Positions 1-13,313 are shown, numbered from the whole stretch's first letter. The stretch is 55,255 bases of DNA, filler included, from Platydemus manokwari (GCA_037951405.1; 4 parts of 4 records of this genome joined end to end with filler, not necessarily neighbours in it); one strand, 5' to 3'. Translations and numbers: made by a program. The notes: a model not told the origin generated them from the letters alone.

Positions 1-995
1 TAGCAAGATCCTTTTATAAATATTAATATGGTATATCTTTTAACTCATTTTTAATAAATTTTAATCTTATGTAAATTTTAATTACTTATCATATTTTTCA
101 ATAAACCTCACAGGATATAAAATGGCTTAATTCAAGAATTTGTTTTGAATAACACGTATCAACTGAGAATGGAAATAAATAAAAATATTTAGCGTGATAT
201 TTAAAATAATCTATCAAATAAGTTGCTATTTATATAATCAAATGATATTTGTTACTAAATATAAAATTAAAGATACGAAGATCATTCTCACTTGAATTTT
301 TATTGAAATTCTCAACCGTCTCATCAAAATAAAACATAAAAACAAAAAATTGTTCATTTTGAAACGAGTTTCGATTCGTCTAATAAATAGAGATATAGTG
401 TTACAAGTTATAATATCTTTATATTGCTCATGAAAAGTCAAACAAATATCATTGAAATATAGTTATATGTTTTAATAATATCGCACACAAAATGAATGAC
501 TATTTGCTGCGATACAATTTATTAGCTTCTCATTGAATTCAAACGATGAGTGTTTCAATTCAAAACCCAAATTACTTACTAATGGTATTAAACGTAGCAA
601 AAATGTTTGCTGAATAAATTCAATACATAAATGTTGGAGATTTCCGAAAAAATTGAAGAATTGTTTAAAAAGCCTATGTTTTCTTATTGATTTATTGATA
701 TCGGAACGAAATAAATAAAAACGAAGATTTAAAATTTAGAAACTTGAGATGTTCTTTCGATTTGACTTTCATTATTACTTTTGTAAAAGAAAAATCACAA
801 AGATCCAATAATTAAGAGCTCTAATTAATTTCCTACAAAAATTAGGCACGGAATAATAAACAATCTTTTTGGAAGAATAATCAATACTAAGGAAAATCGC
901 GTTTGAGATGTTTATTATTCGTATTTCACATGAAATTTTCAAGACATATTCTAATAAAATTTAAAACATTTCAGAATAATTGAATATAAACTCAC

Positions 996-1285
996 ATTCA
1001 ATAATTTATCAACATAAATATTTTTTGCCATATAATCATCGTTGGAATGTAAAGCTGAATCTGAATAATGTTCCATTTTTCCTTCTGTAGTGAGTTGTGG
1101 AAATTTCATTTCAATAAAAATGCCAATATTTGACGAAACCTCTTTCAAAACTTGATCTAATGTCGGAAATAAACCGAAATTCCTTTCAGAACCCAATTGT
1201 GAAAGTATCTGATCATAAGTTAAATTTATGATGGCATCTCTAGTTCCTTTTTTATCATCTGTACAAATCAACATTTTAATATTTA
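996..1285 (-). CDS. Glycerophosphodiester phosphodiesterase (GPCPD1/GDE5-like), internal exon; downstream exons not found in the window
   Basis: Translates ...IINLTYDQIL...LFPTLDQVLKEVSSNIGIFIEMKFPQ...YVDKLLN, carrying the GDPD PTL and IE(I/M)K motifs. Acceptor ttcag at 1286-1287 (an alternative in-phase tacag lies near 1260); donor AAT|gtgagt at 995. Phase-1 join with the 3377 exon. Confidence 0.85.
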
Positions 1286-2032
1286 CTGAATTTCAATTTT
1301 AAATCACATTAATAAATTTTGCGTCCGAATTTATCACCACATTGAACAGAACAAACTTAAAAATAATTATTTGTCTCATATGGACGATATAGTTCTTCAA
1401 TGGTCCAGTTTATTTTAAAAAGTACAAGTAAAAACTTACAAACTGAATATTTAGAAAATGAAAGATTCATATTATAATTAAAATGACAAAGATTATACTT
1501 TATATAAAGATGTATTTTAATACAACTTGAAGAGTAATTTTTTTTAATGAAAATACAAATCTCAGATTTATTGAAAATTTCAGGAAATTTTATTAAATTT
1601 CGATAATTGAATTATTAAAAAACGAAATAATTTTGACTCTAAATATATTAGAATATCTATTTGTTGATTTATGCTTAGCAATGACACATGATATTAGCAA
1701 CAATCAATTGATTATATTGAATCAGTTTGAGAAATCAGAAATAACTAGAAATTCTATAATTCCAAAATCGATAATACTTCTGCAATAAAATCTGACCTTT
1801 AAACACAAGTCGAGTTAAAGATTGCCAACAACAATCCAATATATTTTACATTTCATGACTCTAGTTATATTATGGAAAATAAATTTAAAAGGTAGAATTA
1901 TAAGTTGTCAAAATAAGGTTTCTAACTGAAACCGAGAAAAATTATTTCATCATTTTTATGAAATTGAAATAACTGGAAAATCCAGAGAAAAATGTATATT
2001 TATTGTATATAACAAATCTTTACTATTATCTA

Positions 2033-2210
2033 CCGTATTTTCCGAACTATATTAAACAATTTTTTAGGATTTATTAAGGCTTGAATATTAAAAAAAAGAT
2101 TGTGATATTAATATAAGAGCATAAAATCGTGCTATATATTTTAAATTTAATTTAATATATTAATCAGTCAACTCATAGTTAAGGTGCGCCTTATAGTCCG
2201 AAAAATACGG
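2033..2210. mobile_element. Tc1/mariner-pogo superfamily MITE in a GDPD intron
   Basis: Terminal inverted repeats CCGTATTTTCCGAACTATA and TATAGTCCGAAAAATACGG (17/19 match), TA on both flanks, 178 bp, non-coding. Confidence 0.8.
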
Positions 2211-2789
2211 TAATTATTTTTCAATCAATTAATCATGAATGACATGAAAATTTCATTCGATTGTGAAATAATGAGATAAAATAAATTAATTCCAATGGTG
2301 TTCAATGATTAAAATTTTCTAACGTAATTACAAGATTAAATAATATTAATAAAAGTTAAAGAAATTAAATATAATAAATGAAAAATATTAGAATCAATAG
2401 ATATAAGCAGAAGAAAATGACTGACCAACATAATTGTGACATTAAAACATGATATGCTAAATCGAGTGTGAACACAAACAGAATCTCTTGAATGGAGTGA
2501 GTAGTTGTAAATGTTGAAAATCAAAATGTAAATATCAATACGTTATGGATGATTGAAGTTATAGAAAGTTAATAGAAATAACCATTTTATTCATATAAAA
2601 TGAAACAAGAAATTAAAAAATCAAATATTTAATAAATATCATAAATAAATTCAAAACAAAAGTTGGAAAAATTATTCATCATAATGGGGTTAAATTTAAA
2701 TACATATATAAAAATGTATTGATTGAACCAACGATGATTCTTACATGTAGACACCATGGATAAATTTATTTCTTAATTCTTCAAATCAG

Positions 2790-3290
2790 TATCACATAAG
2801 ATACACCGTTTCATAATTCCCATCAAAATAATAAAAACGTTATTTCTCAAAATCAAACTGCTCAACCAGACTTTTCACTACACAATTATATCAATTTTTA
2901 GATTGGTATTGTTCACATTCATTTATATCTTAAATTTTTGTCATTGAGATCGTTATCCAAGTCTTCATCATTATCAAATTGTTTCTTCCATTAATTTATA
3001 AGGAAATCATTTAGCTCATCACTGCCACTGTAAAAGTGGCATTTGGCGTAGTTACACATTTTATAATCGTGCTTACAGCAAGTTCCCAATTTTCCAGTTC
3101 ATTGAGTTCGATCTTTTACAAAACGATGCCCACTAGCTCTATAGGTAACTATTTTTCTATTCATATCAACAAATCTCTCACACCGCTTATAATCAATATT
3201 TTTCAAAAAAATTCCATCTCAAAAGACTGTCTCAACAATGAAGTGATTATTTTAACGTCAGAACATATATTTACAAAAAGACTGAAATAA
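2790..3290 (-). mobile_element. Possible highly decayed pogo-like transposase 3' remnant
   Basis: Broken frames give ...IIKCVTTPNA/SGSDELNDFL..., loosely like the pogo C-terminal FKKCGISNALDGSEDD. Many stops. Confidence 0.25.
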
Positions 3291-3376
3291 ATTAAATCAA
3301 ATAATTTCTAAATAACAAACTTAATTGATAATATTAATGATAAATAATAATGAAAATAATTTTATTACAGCATTAC

Positions 3377-3634
3377 CCATAAAGAAGTCGTGAAATACAA
3401 TGGCTGTGTCGTCCTTAGTGAAATGAACATCTAATTCAACGAAATCTAAGCCATATTCGGCACAGCGATTAAAGGAATTAATAGTATTCTCCAAAATCGG
3501 TTTCTCTGTATTTCGTCCCATACCACGATGGCCAATTAAATAAAGTTTTTCTCTTTTATCCAGATGATATTTCGGAATAACATGAATATTCAAATTTTCA
3601 TTTAGATTCATTGGTAAAATCGGTAATATTCGAC
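3377..3634 (-). CDS. Glycerophosphodiester phosphodiesterase (GPCPD1/GDE5-like), exon encoding the start of the catalytic domain
   Basis: LIGHRGMG...ENTINSFNRCAEYGLDFVELDVHFTKDDTAIVFHD contains the canonical GDPD HRG, ENT, ExDV and HD motifs. Acceptor aaatag at 3635-3636; donor ATG G|gtaatg at 3376. An in-frame ATG at 3686 is an alternative start. Confidence 0.9.
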
Positions 3635-3999
3635 CTATTTGATGAAAAATATGTTTAAATTTCACACTCAAAGCGTACAATACCATTTTTTATTATATAT
3701 TATATCAAAATGTGATATATATCAAAGAAGACTGATAAAAAATATGATGGAAAAAGATAAAATCAGATATTATTATTCAAAATATCTTTTTCAATTAATG
3801 ATAAAAATATTGAGAAAAAAAAAATCAAACAAACAGATTTCGTGTTAAAAATGAAAAAATTACGTAGTGTCGAAAAAAATTGACAAGAAAATTAATTAAT
3901 TATGGCAATGAGATATTATTCATTCTCAGAAAAAAATTATACAAATGTAAATCAGAATAGAAATAAGACTGAATAATTAACTAAACATATAAATCTGAT

Positions 4000-4839
4000 G
4001 TCTGAAAATATGCTGGCCAAATGCTTGTCAGCTTTTAATAAAAAAAATCTTTATAAATTCTATCAGCGATTATCAAGTGCAAAAATTAAGAGATAATAAA
4101 TCTGTTATTAAATTTGTTTATGATTTCGAAATTAAGATTTCTGTTTTACATTGATTTTAGAAAGGAATAACTCAAATAGACATATAAATCAAGGTGTTAT
4201 AAAAAGCTTTAAAGACTATTATAAGAAATTTTTGAGCTTGTCTGTGAATTTTAATTTAGATAATAACGTTACACAAGAGATATGGTGTAAAATGGTTGAT
4301 TTGTATCAAGCAGTAGTTTGGATTTCGAAAGCATTGGATAGTGTAAAACATGCGACTATTTCTTATTGTTTTACTAAGTCTTTCGAAAATGTGTATGTTA
4401 AAGAAATAAATACTGAATGTGATGATTTTCCATGTTTTGAAATTAATCAAAAATTTGACGAAATCTCGTGTTTAATTCCGTCAATAAGTATGAAAATGAA
4501 AAAAAAATAAGAGGGGGAAAAAGATGTAGTAATAACAGGATTTGAAGCATATGAATATGCAAGAAAACTTGAAAAATACTCCGAAGCTAACATTCCTGAT
4601 AAGATGAACAAAACATGGGATTTGATGAAAGAAATTCACAGAGAAAAAGCATCTAGACAATTGAAAATCACAGACTTTATTATGTGTCAAAGAAATAAAA
4701 ATTGTAATCAATAGATGTAACAAATACCTTTTGTGGAATCTTTGATAATGTTATGTTAATAACTGTTCATATTATTTTTTTAATTTGAAAATTTGAAAAA
4801 ATTGGAATGCTAGCGTTCATATTGAACAGCGGTTGACTG
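4000..4839 (+). mobile_element. Tigger/pogo (DDE_1, CENP-B-like) transposon 3' remnant
   Basis: ORF 4151-4510 has NQGVIKSFKDYYKK and AVVWISKALDSVKHATISYCF (Tigger DQGIIKxFKxxYR ... AWxxVxxxTIxNCF). A shifted frame ends RQLKITDF, a typical Tigger C-terminus. TIR-like end ...GGTTGACTG followed by TA at 4840. Left boundary approximate. Confidence 0.75.
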
Positions 4840-5734
4840 TATTATAATAAAATACTAGTTGAAATAATAATGAAGACAATAATAAACATTATAAAATAAT
4901 AAATATTAAAAATGATGAGCTCAAGAATTGGAGTGACCTTTGTAATAGAAGCAATATAACCAGAAATTATGAAATTAAAAGAATAAATAAAAATATAAAT
5001 AAAATAAAACTAAAAAATAATTAATGACACCTAAAATAATAAAGAAATACAAACAACTAAAATAATATACGGTCATAATAATTATAAAATAATCATAATT
5101 AATTTTAAAGGTCAAAACGTGTGTTGAAAAGGATATAATATAATTTTTAAGATGAATATCAATGATATTAAGTAACAACAGTTGAAAACAGAATATTTGA
5201 CTTTGAAAATAGTAATCCTCAAATAGAATGTGCAAGCAGATGTGCGATGTCAAATGCCATACAAATAGCGAAGTTAGTCATTTAAAATTGCTATTTAAAC
5301 AGAAAAAATAGCAATGCAAGCGTAATGATCTGTGTTTAAAGTAGCCAGCTTTCAAGCAAGATTAAAAGCATAAGCTGTAAATAATCATTATAAGAAAAAT
5401 CATTTGAGAAAAATGTATAATTATTGGTTTATATATAAACAACTTGCCGAAGAGAAGTTTGATAAAAAATAATTCCCATCAAATATTATCGCATAAAAAA
5501 TGATAAAAATATTTATATAACAAATAGATTCATTAAATACGAGCGAAAATATTTTAATGTTTTGAAAATAACTAATTAAAAAAAATATTTGAAACTTAAT
5601 TACCAAAAAGAAAAAATTAGTTGTTGTTATATTTGATGAATAATTTATGCAAAACAATGAAATTATATTTAGTTCAAGATGAGCTCAAATGAATGGTATT
5701 GTAGCTTGAACCGATTTGAAATTATATGAATTAC

Positions 5735-5906
5735 ATTCTAATTTTATTTGGTATTCATGAAAATTTGTTGAAAATTCAGTCGTAACTTCATCGCAAGTAT
5801 TCAAATCAACACAATCAACAATTAATTCAGTAAACAATTCATCACTAATATTTGATGTTAAATAATCTTTATTGAAATTTAATTGACTAAATACACATTT
5901 TATCCG
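5735..5906 (-). CDS. Candidate upstream exon of the GDPD gene
   Basis: Stop-free RIKCVFSQLNF...YQIKLE between acceptor tttcag (5907-5908) and donor T|gtaatt (5734). Phase-compatible with the 6128 and 3634 exons. No diagnostic motif. Confidence 0.35.
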
Positions 5907-6127
5907 CTGAAACATTAATAACATTATCAATATTCGAATCAAAAAACACTTACAAATTTGCTTATTGCAAATTTAGGTTGAAAACTTTCTGTATAAAATC
6001 CATTAAAAGCTTTATATGGATGACTTTTACTATTATTTTGCGAAAATATCCATGAAGAATAAGCATCAGACTGTATAGTGATCAAGATGATGAAATTCTA
6101 ATTCAATATGGTGGTAATTTAAATTAC

Positions 6128-6265
6128 CTTTAATTTGAACTTAACATTCTCAATTTCACCATTTTCATATTCAACAAACAATTCTTTTATCTCCAAGTGC
6201 GTTTCAATAAGACAAGAAACCGAATAAAATTTTAATAAAAAACATTTAGATTTCTTATTTAACAT
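6128..6265 (-). CDS. Candidate first coding exon of the GDPD gene
   Basis: ATG at 6265, 46 stop-free codons (MLNKKSKCFLLKFYS...ENVKFKLK) ending in a strong donor AAG|gtaatt, phase 0 into the 5906 exon. Confidence 0.35.
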
Positions 6266-6315
6266 TTGCCAAAATTTTTATTTGTATTACAAGTTAAACA
6301 AACAATGATGAAAAT

Positions 6316-7323
6316 TTATCGTTTAAAATATTTCAGAAATTTATATCGAAAATAGTCGTGAATAAATAAATAAATTATCATTTTAAATGATAAGCTAAGT
6401 GAAATCAAATATGCTAACCAATTTGTTAAAATAATTATTTTAGGTTTCCTATAAATTGTCAGATCAGTATCAAACAAGCTTATATACAATGTCATAAATG
6501 TCGATGGGAGGTTTAAAATTGCTTCTAAAATAGCTAGTAAAATTGGTGATCTGTCAACTCGTTGATTGTTTTGAATTTGAAAACTGCTATTATATCTTGA
6601 TGATTGATTCCTTGATGATGATGATGACTGGCCGGTAAATACATGACAATCTTGGTTAAATTGTAATCTTCTCGACGAATTACTATTTTCATGCTTTAGA
6701 GGTCCAAAAATCATTAATCTAAAAGCCATAAACAATGATAATGTGTAAGGAACAATTTTGGCTACATGAATATCTACAATTCTCCAAAAATAAAAAAAAT
6801 CTCGCCAAACTGTAATAGCCGAACATTGTTTTCCAGATTCAATTCCCATCATCCAGATTAAATGAAAATACGATACGATTGCTATGATAATAACGATTGT
6901 TAATGTTATTAAAATTTTACAAGTATCACTTGGCGATCTGGATGATGTTAAATTTATCAAATGAAAATAAATGTATACCATAAGCAACCAAGCACTAATA
7001 AAATGACAACAGAATTTTAGGTAATAAATAAATGGACATGACAATAATAACAGTGGATATTGAACGCTGGGGCTGAGAGTAATCATTTGGGTGATGAAGT
7101 TCGAAAGAATAGCAATATTATCAAATACGGATATAGATAAGAGAAATACATCGATATTGTGAGAAATATGTTTATCACTGTAAAATACAAGAAAAATAAT
7201 ACAATTTAATGTTATTCCAATCGGCATTAAAATGATTTGATAAATCAAAGATTCAGATTCCCGGGTGTAATTTATCATCGATCCACGTTGATAAGTTGAT
7301 ATTGACGATGTAGATGAATTCAT
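6316..7323 (-). CDS. Rhodopsin-class (class A) orphan GPCR, peptide-receptor-like, single coding exon, 335 aa
   Basis: Seven hydrophobic segments; N-terminal sequons NSS and NYT; TM1 GxxxN, TM2 LSISVFD, Cys at the top of TM3 and in ECL2, TM5 IVP, TM6 NLP, helix-8-like FR. Acceptor-like ttttcggtag 9 nt before the ATG; AATAAA shortly after the stop. Confidence 0.9.
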   Translation of the reverse strand: MNSSTSSISTYQRGSMINYTRESESLIYQIILMPIGITLNCIIFLVFYSDKHISHNIDVFLLSISVFDNIAILSNFITQMITLSPSVQYPLLLLSCPFIYYLKFCCHFISAWLLMVYIYFHLINLTSSRSPSDTCKILITLTIVIIIAIVSYFHLIWMMGIESGKQCSAITVWRDFFYFWRIVDIHVAKIVPYTLSLFMAFRLMIFGPLKHENSNSSRRLQFNQDCHVFTGQSSSSSRNQSSRYNSSFQIQNNQRVDRSPILLAILEAILNLPSTFMTLYISLFDTDLTIYRKPKIIILTNWLAYLISLSLSFKMIIYLFIHDYFRYKFLKYFKR

Positions 7324-9239
7324 TAGTCGAATCTACCGAAAACAGAATGTGAATTATATTTATTTCCCTTATTTTCTCTTATTTCATTGGATGATTTGTT
7401 TATGAATTCAGAATCTAATCAGTTTTCTATGAACTACATAACATGTACTACATATTAGAATGAGAATATCGAATTTTAAATAGAAGACATTTTGTTCCGT
7501 GATTTGAATATCTATTGAATAAAAACGTAATGTGCAAGATATTACAAAAATCATAACATTTTTCAAGATCTTTTAAAAATTGATTTTATATATGCTATTT
7601 TATATCTAAGGAGCTGAAGTTGCAACAAATTGTTTCAACAATTTTATCGCTTTACAAGAAATTAAAAAAACTAACAATTTGATAAAGTTCCAAATAAGAG
7701 AAATTTTTTCGATTTGTTTTCATGAAGTGAGTAAGTTAAAATTTGGAGTTCAACAAACATAAATTAATGAAAAATTGAAAAACACGTTAAAAAAAATATT
7801 TTTTAAAACTTTTTTGAGATTTAGGAAACAATTTTCTAAAGATCGTTATTATTTATAGCAAGTGATAAAAATTTTGAATTTTTTTATAATTAGCGATGAG
7901 TAGGATTTTAATTAATCTGCATTTTTTGGAACATGCACTTTAATTAATTAATCATATCATCTAATGAAGTCTAAAAATTTAGAGAAGAATTTTTAAAACA
8001 CTCATGATGCTTTTCAAAGTTATATTTAGCGGCTTACATTGATAGTGTACATTGAGAATGACAAATAAAATGTTAGAAGTTTAATATTTCGCTTTTAAAA
8101 TGATTTTAATTATTTGTTCATTATTTTGTGTAAAATTAAAATAATAAAACAATACTGAGCTAAAGTTAAAAAATAGGGTCCTAAAATAAAGTTTTAAAGA
8201 ATTAAGTATTGTTTATGACAATTTTATAATCTGGAACAGAATGGTTTTGATTTACTATATATTATGATTTTTTCATTTTATTGACATGTTATGTACATTT
8301 CAATGCTTGATATAAACTTACGATAAATAACGGCACAGTATATTTATATGCCTATTTATTTTCATAGAACAAATCTTTCCATTTGATTACTTTTGCTATA
8401 TTTTAGAAAATGTTTTAAATATAAATTTTATTTAAACGAAATGACTATTGTGGTAAAGTTTGAATTTTAGAATTTCTCGAACAGTTATCTAGAAAGCTTC
8501 CAGGAAATAATAGTTTTATCTCAAATAATTTTCAATATTTGTTTCACATTTTGTGATAATTTGGATCTTTAATTAAATTATGCCTTTCACTATATATCCC
8601 TTCATAATAACAATTATTCTGCAGTAAATTAATTTTTGTATAGATGCATAATTTGTTTATTTTTAAATATTTTATAGATATATTTATATACATATACATA
8701 TTAATTACAAAAATAGATGAACAAAGAAACATGTTAATTATTAAACCTGATTGAAACCAAAGGCTAGCACTAATTTATCTTCAATTTTATCTGGAATTAT
8801 CTCTCCCATACTCATTGTGTAGTAAACTTATCCTCATACTTAATCTATCAAATATAATAAATTAAAAGAATTTGTTCTTGTTCATCCGCACGAATATTTT
8901 AGTTATAAATTTCGGTATTCAATTAAAAATTTATTAACAACTATAATTTTTACCTATAATATTCCATATAAATATTGATGTATTAGGAACCACTAATTTT
9001 TGTATTTTAATCCGTTTTTTAATCGAGTTTTGTATATTATTATATATAATAATATTATTTCATAATTGGTAATATTAAGAAGTTTTTGTAAATCGTAAAG
9101 AAAGATTAAATTCTAAAATAAAAATTATGAATTGTCAATCTATATAGAAATTCTAAATAATATAAATATTGAATATTATAATTTTAATCAATTAAAAATA
9201 TTTTTATAATTATTAAACGTTCTTGAAATATTAAACCAC

Positions 9240-10440
9240 ACAGGGAGCATCAATGATGTCTGATCGGCGTATAGGAGCTTGGTCCATTGTTGTTTGCTGG
9301 ACAGAACACATAATCTTAAAGATGAATCACAACCGTTTCATTTCAAAACCGTACAAAGTTTCTGAATTGATGTCTATGAGGGACATTATTGATCATCAGA
9401 GCAGACCACAACATGGATTATTACGTCTTGCTCAGCGTCTACAGTTCTACTTAAGGGTTCGAAGTACAATGAAAGTGGTGTATCACTTTTTGCTTTAGAG
9501 AAACTTGAAAGCAGTGCCTCACTTCTATGAAGTTGGGAATTTCCTTTAACTTGCCGGTCTAATACAATTCTTCAAGCCAAAATCCACCTTTGTTTCGTAT
9601 TCTGAAAATTTTTTGACATTCTTGTATACATTCCTGGAACTTTGAGAGTCTTCGAAGCCAAAGACCCCACCAGTATAGTATCAAAAATTATAGTACTGTG
9701 AGACTTCTATCGCTTTATCATAATGACCCCAGTTATTTTGATCAGCTTATTCAATCAACTGGTATGCAATCAGTGGTATTTGATATTCATCAAGAATATC
9801 AAAATTTTCAAGCTGTTCTCTATATAGAGATCTACAAGAAAACTCGAAACATCATCATACCCTTTAGGATTAAGCACTGCTTTATTAACATTAACCATCC
9901 AATTAGGTGAATTAAGTAATTGTTAATACAATCTCAAAGTAATAATCTTTGAACAATAGGAGCCATACATAGCACTCATAACAAATCTGCCAGCGATTCT
10001 TCGTAGACATCTTTGTTAAAGAGGAACAGCATCGTTTACACGAATACAGACACTCTCCAGTCGAATTTATATTCCTATATGATGCAGTGGTTCATTTCAA
10101 AGTATTGATTTCCCTAAACACTAGCAACCACCAGAAATTTTGACTTTATTAAAACGCATCAGTTCAACAGAGTCATTAAGCCATGCCATTGTAATGACAA
10201 ACGAGTCAATTTGGTCAGAAATTCTGGTTCTAGAGGCTTCAATTAGTCCTATTCTTAAAACATACCAAACCTTTACATTATGAAAATAATTTATTGAAAA
10301 GCCTGAATAATGATACTCGTCTAACATTACCCAAAGATCAGCAGCTTCATATAGGGGTAGCATGTATCAGAATAGGTAGGAAGACATAAAATCTTATTCA
10401 CCACACTTCTAAAACAACTAGTCGAATTGCATGATATAAC
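9240..10440 (-). pseudogene. Decayed intron-less coding sequence of unknown origin (possible endogenous viral or retroelement ORF)
   Basis: About 1.2 kb GC-richer block giving protein-like segments joined by frameshifts and isolated stops, e.g. MLPLYEAADLWVMLDEYHY... and CRSLYREQLENFDILDEYQIPLIAYQLIE*ADQNNWGHYDKAIEVSQYYNF*YYTGGVFGFEDS... No splice structure seen. Confidence 0.4.
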
Positions 10441-12543
10441 AGATTTTTCTAACCTATTGAGCGCTTTTAAAGAACATATTTAACCATAGCTGAGAATATG
10501 AATATATGTATTGAGAATAGGTATCCCACCTAATACTTACTATCAATGTCCCATATTTACATCACTATCAATAATTACATTTTACATCGCATATACATAA
10601 CATAAATATACATAAAAGCATCACACATAAACAATGCAAAACATAACATCTTTGACTATGGACCACATCAATTTAACCGAACACTCAACCCAATCTAGCC
10701 CAGACCAGGTCTTGATAACGATATTTGGAAATTAAAAATCCTGTAACCATTATGATTCTCGTGTTATATTGATATTTACAATTACATTGAGAAAAGACCT
10801 TTGTTTTTGTGTAAAACTTTTGTGTTTTACAATATTTAATATGTTGACATTTTTTATGAATAATTTTTATATTGTATAATATTACGGAGCGGAAGAAAAA
10901 AAGAGAGAAATAATTGGCAGATTTTAGAAATAATAGAAAAACAATTAATAGGAATAAATAATGAAGAATAGATATAATATTTATAATGGAATAAATAATA
11001 AAATATAGACATAATAAGTTACCAAAAATAATTAATAAAATATGTTAATAAAAGTGCATTATATATTTACAATAAATAGATTAAACGAATTCATAACAAT
11101 ATAGCGAATAGTTAGCAAAATACACAAAAATGCAATTTTATCGTCGACGGCAATGATGTTGCCAAAAATAGAAGTGCAGAGACCGGTACAGCGATGTATA
11201 AATACCAGGCCGAAAATAGAACCAGCTACCCAGCATTACATCGAACATTAGAGCGACATCGAATTGTTAACAAGAAATTAATTCACAAAAACTCGCAAGA
11301 AATTAATTAGCAAGGAGACTAGTTTTTTTATGACAATTCAGGAATTTTCACATTATTGTAGAACTAGAACGGAGTAGGATCCTCTCTATTAATATTGGAA
11401 ATTTTTACATTATCAATAACAATTTATATATTACCAGTTCGCTTCGGACTCTGCTGGCTACTTCCTGAGGCAACGTGTGGGACATTTACTCATTTTTTGT
11501 GTTCAACATTTTCAGCTGTGTTCCGTTGTTTTCTTAAAAATACATCTATTAAACTCAAATTGTTTTTGATACTGAGTTTTCTACGACAATATCAAAATTG
11601 ACTTAATTTACTTCTGGTAATCAATCTACGTATTAATCTGAATAACATTATTATAAAATATTCAATTGGGTTGAAGTGATTGGATAGTTAATTTAACATT
11701 GCAGCATTTTCAATCGGTTTTCATCATCACCAAGATGGACTAAATTCATGAACTAAATTAAACTTTAGATAGCCGTAATAAATAGAATGCTTTTGATCGT
11801 ATCTATCTTATGATGACCAAGTAAGTATTAATAATATCAAAAGACATAATTTCATTTCACTTTAATTTGACTTGAGTTTGATAATCTCTTATAAATCAAT
11901 CAAAATTGTATACCATTACTGTTTTTATATTTTATTAAAATAAACAATAATTTTTGTGCAAAAAGCAAATCCATGGTAATTTAGTTAAGGATATCTGAAA
12001 CAATAGAAAATTAGAAAATAAAATTTCGAAATTAGTAACAATATTATATTCTTTTAACAAAAGCAATGTGTAATAAGAAAATTCAAATTTCACTCCAAGA
12101 TAAAACAAAGAAATTGTGATATTATGATAAACAATAGACTTGGATTTATCCTTGTGAGAACTATCTAAGAAATGGTGTTAAAATATTTCTAAAAAATCTT
12201 GGAATACATATAATTTTCTAATAAATATTTACAGTGATTTTTCTTACAATAATTATGGCAATGTTATGTTAATATTTATGGCAAATGATGGCTAACAATT
12301 AAATCATTAATACTGAAATAAGAGCTAAAGTTGGACATGTAATCTTTTATTTGTAGCTAAACTCTATTTAAACATTTAGTTTTATTTAATTCTTATAAAT
12401 TTTTATTGACTTTTCAGACCTAACTAATAAAAAATCAGAATCTTATTCATATTGAAAAGAAAATATTTAATTTAGATACTTAGTAAGCTAAAAGCATGTA
12501 AATTTAAATTATATGGCATAACCCACCAGATAGTAGATAAAAT

Positions 12544-13089
12544 TGTTGAGTAATTAAGCAATAATTTGAATCTACAAAGCTATATTAACCAAAATAATAC
12601 ACTCGAAATCTCAATGATAACAATAACAATTCTTAACGCAATTCTCAAAGAAAATCACTCAAAATGGGATCAGCGCCCGAAAGTCAAACACAGAATAAAG
12701 AGTAATCAAAAAGACTGAAATCACACATAAGCTAAGCACAAAAGTTACCGATCAAAAAGACTGGCAAAAATCCATGAAATTTAGCCTCTTTTATAGACCC
12801 ATCGGATGTGTCTGCTTGATGACAGAGACCTTCATTTTCAATTCGCTAAATTGGTTTATGGATTGATTTACTTTAGATTTTCCTTATATCTCTATGTCAT
12901 TGGCGGATATTTAAGCTTGCTGCCGTTTGTAGGCATGTGCCTCTCAATTCTTTGCTTCTAAATATGGATCAACATTAGAACGAATCTGATTGGTTAACGG
13001 CACGTGTGTTAATCGGATGTGTGTGCTGACCCTTTTCAGGGTCCTTTACTTGGTTCTAATTTTTTGACTAATTTGTAATATACCCAACA
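12544..13089. mobile_element. Solo LTR-like segment
   Basis: Begins TGTTGAGTA and ends TACCCAACA (8/9 inverted match), 546 bp, with a minus-strand TATAAAAG near 12790. No clear target-site duplication. Confidence 0.4.
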
Positions 13090-13162
13090 TGTACTTGATT
13101 TAAATAAATTGTTTTTGTGGGTTATTTATTATTTATTAAACGTGTCGTGTTTAGGGTTGCCT

Positions 13163-13262
13163 NNNNNNNNNNNNNNNNNNNNNNNNNNNNNNNNNNNNNN
13201 NNNNNNTTAATTAATTAANNNNNNNNNNNNNNNNNNNNNNNNNNNNNNNNNNNNNNNNNNNN
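13163..13262. other. Assembly spacer (N44-TTAATTAATTAA-N44)
   Basis: Exactly 100 nt with a six-frame stop linker; identical at three places in the window. Confidence 0.97.
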
Positions 13263-13313
13263 GTAAGAAGAGATATTCCGATATCAAAGATCAGTTTAAT
13301 TTAAGTAGTTCCA

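Noticed and set aside
3684-3731. 48-nt exon-like segment before the GDPD catalytic exon
   Set aside because: Stops in all three frames; at most a UTR exon.
13151-13156. TTAGGG at a contig end
   Set aside because: A single unit, not a telomeric array.
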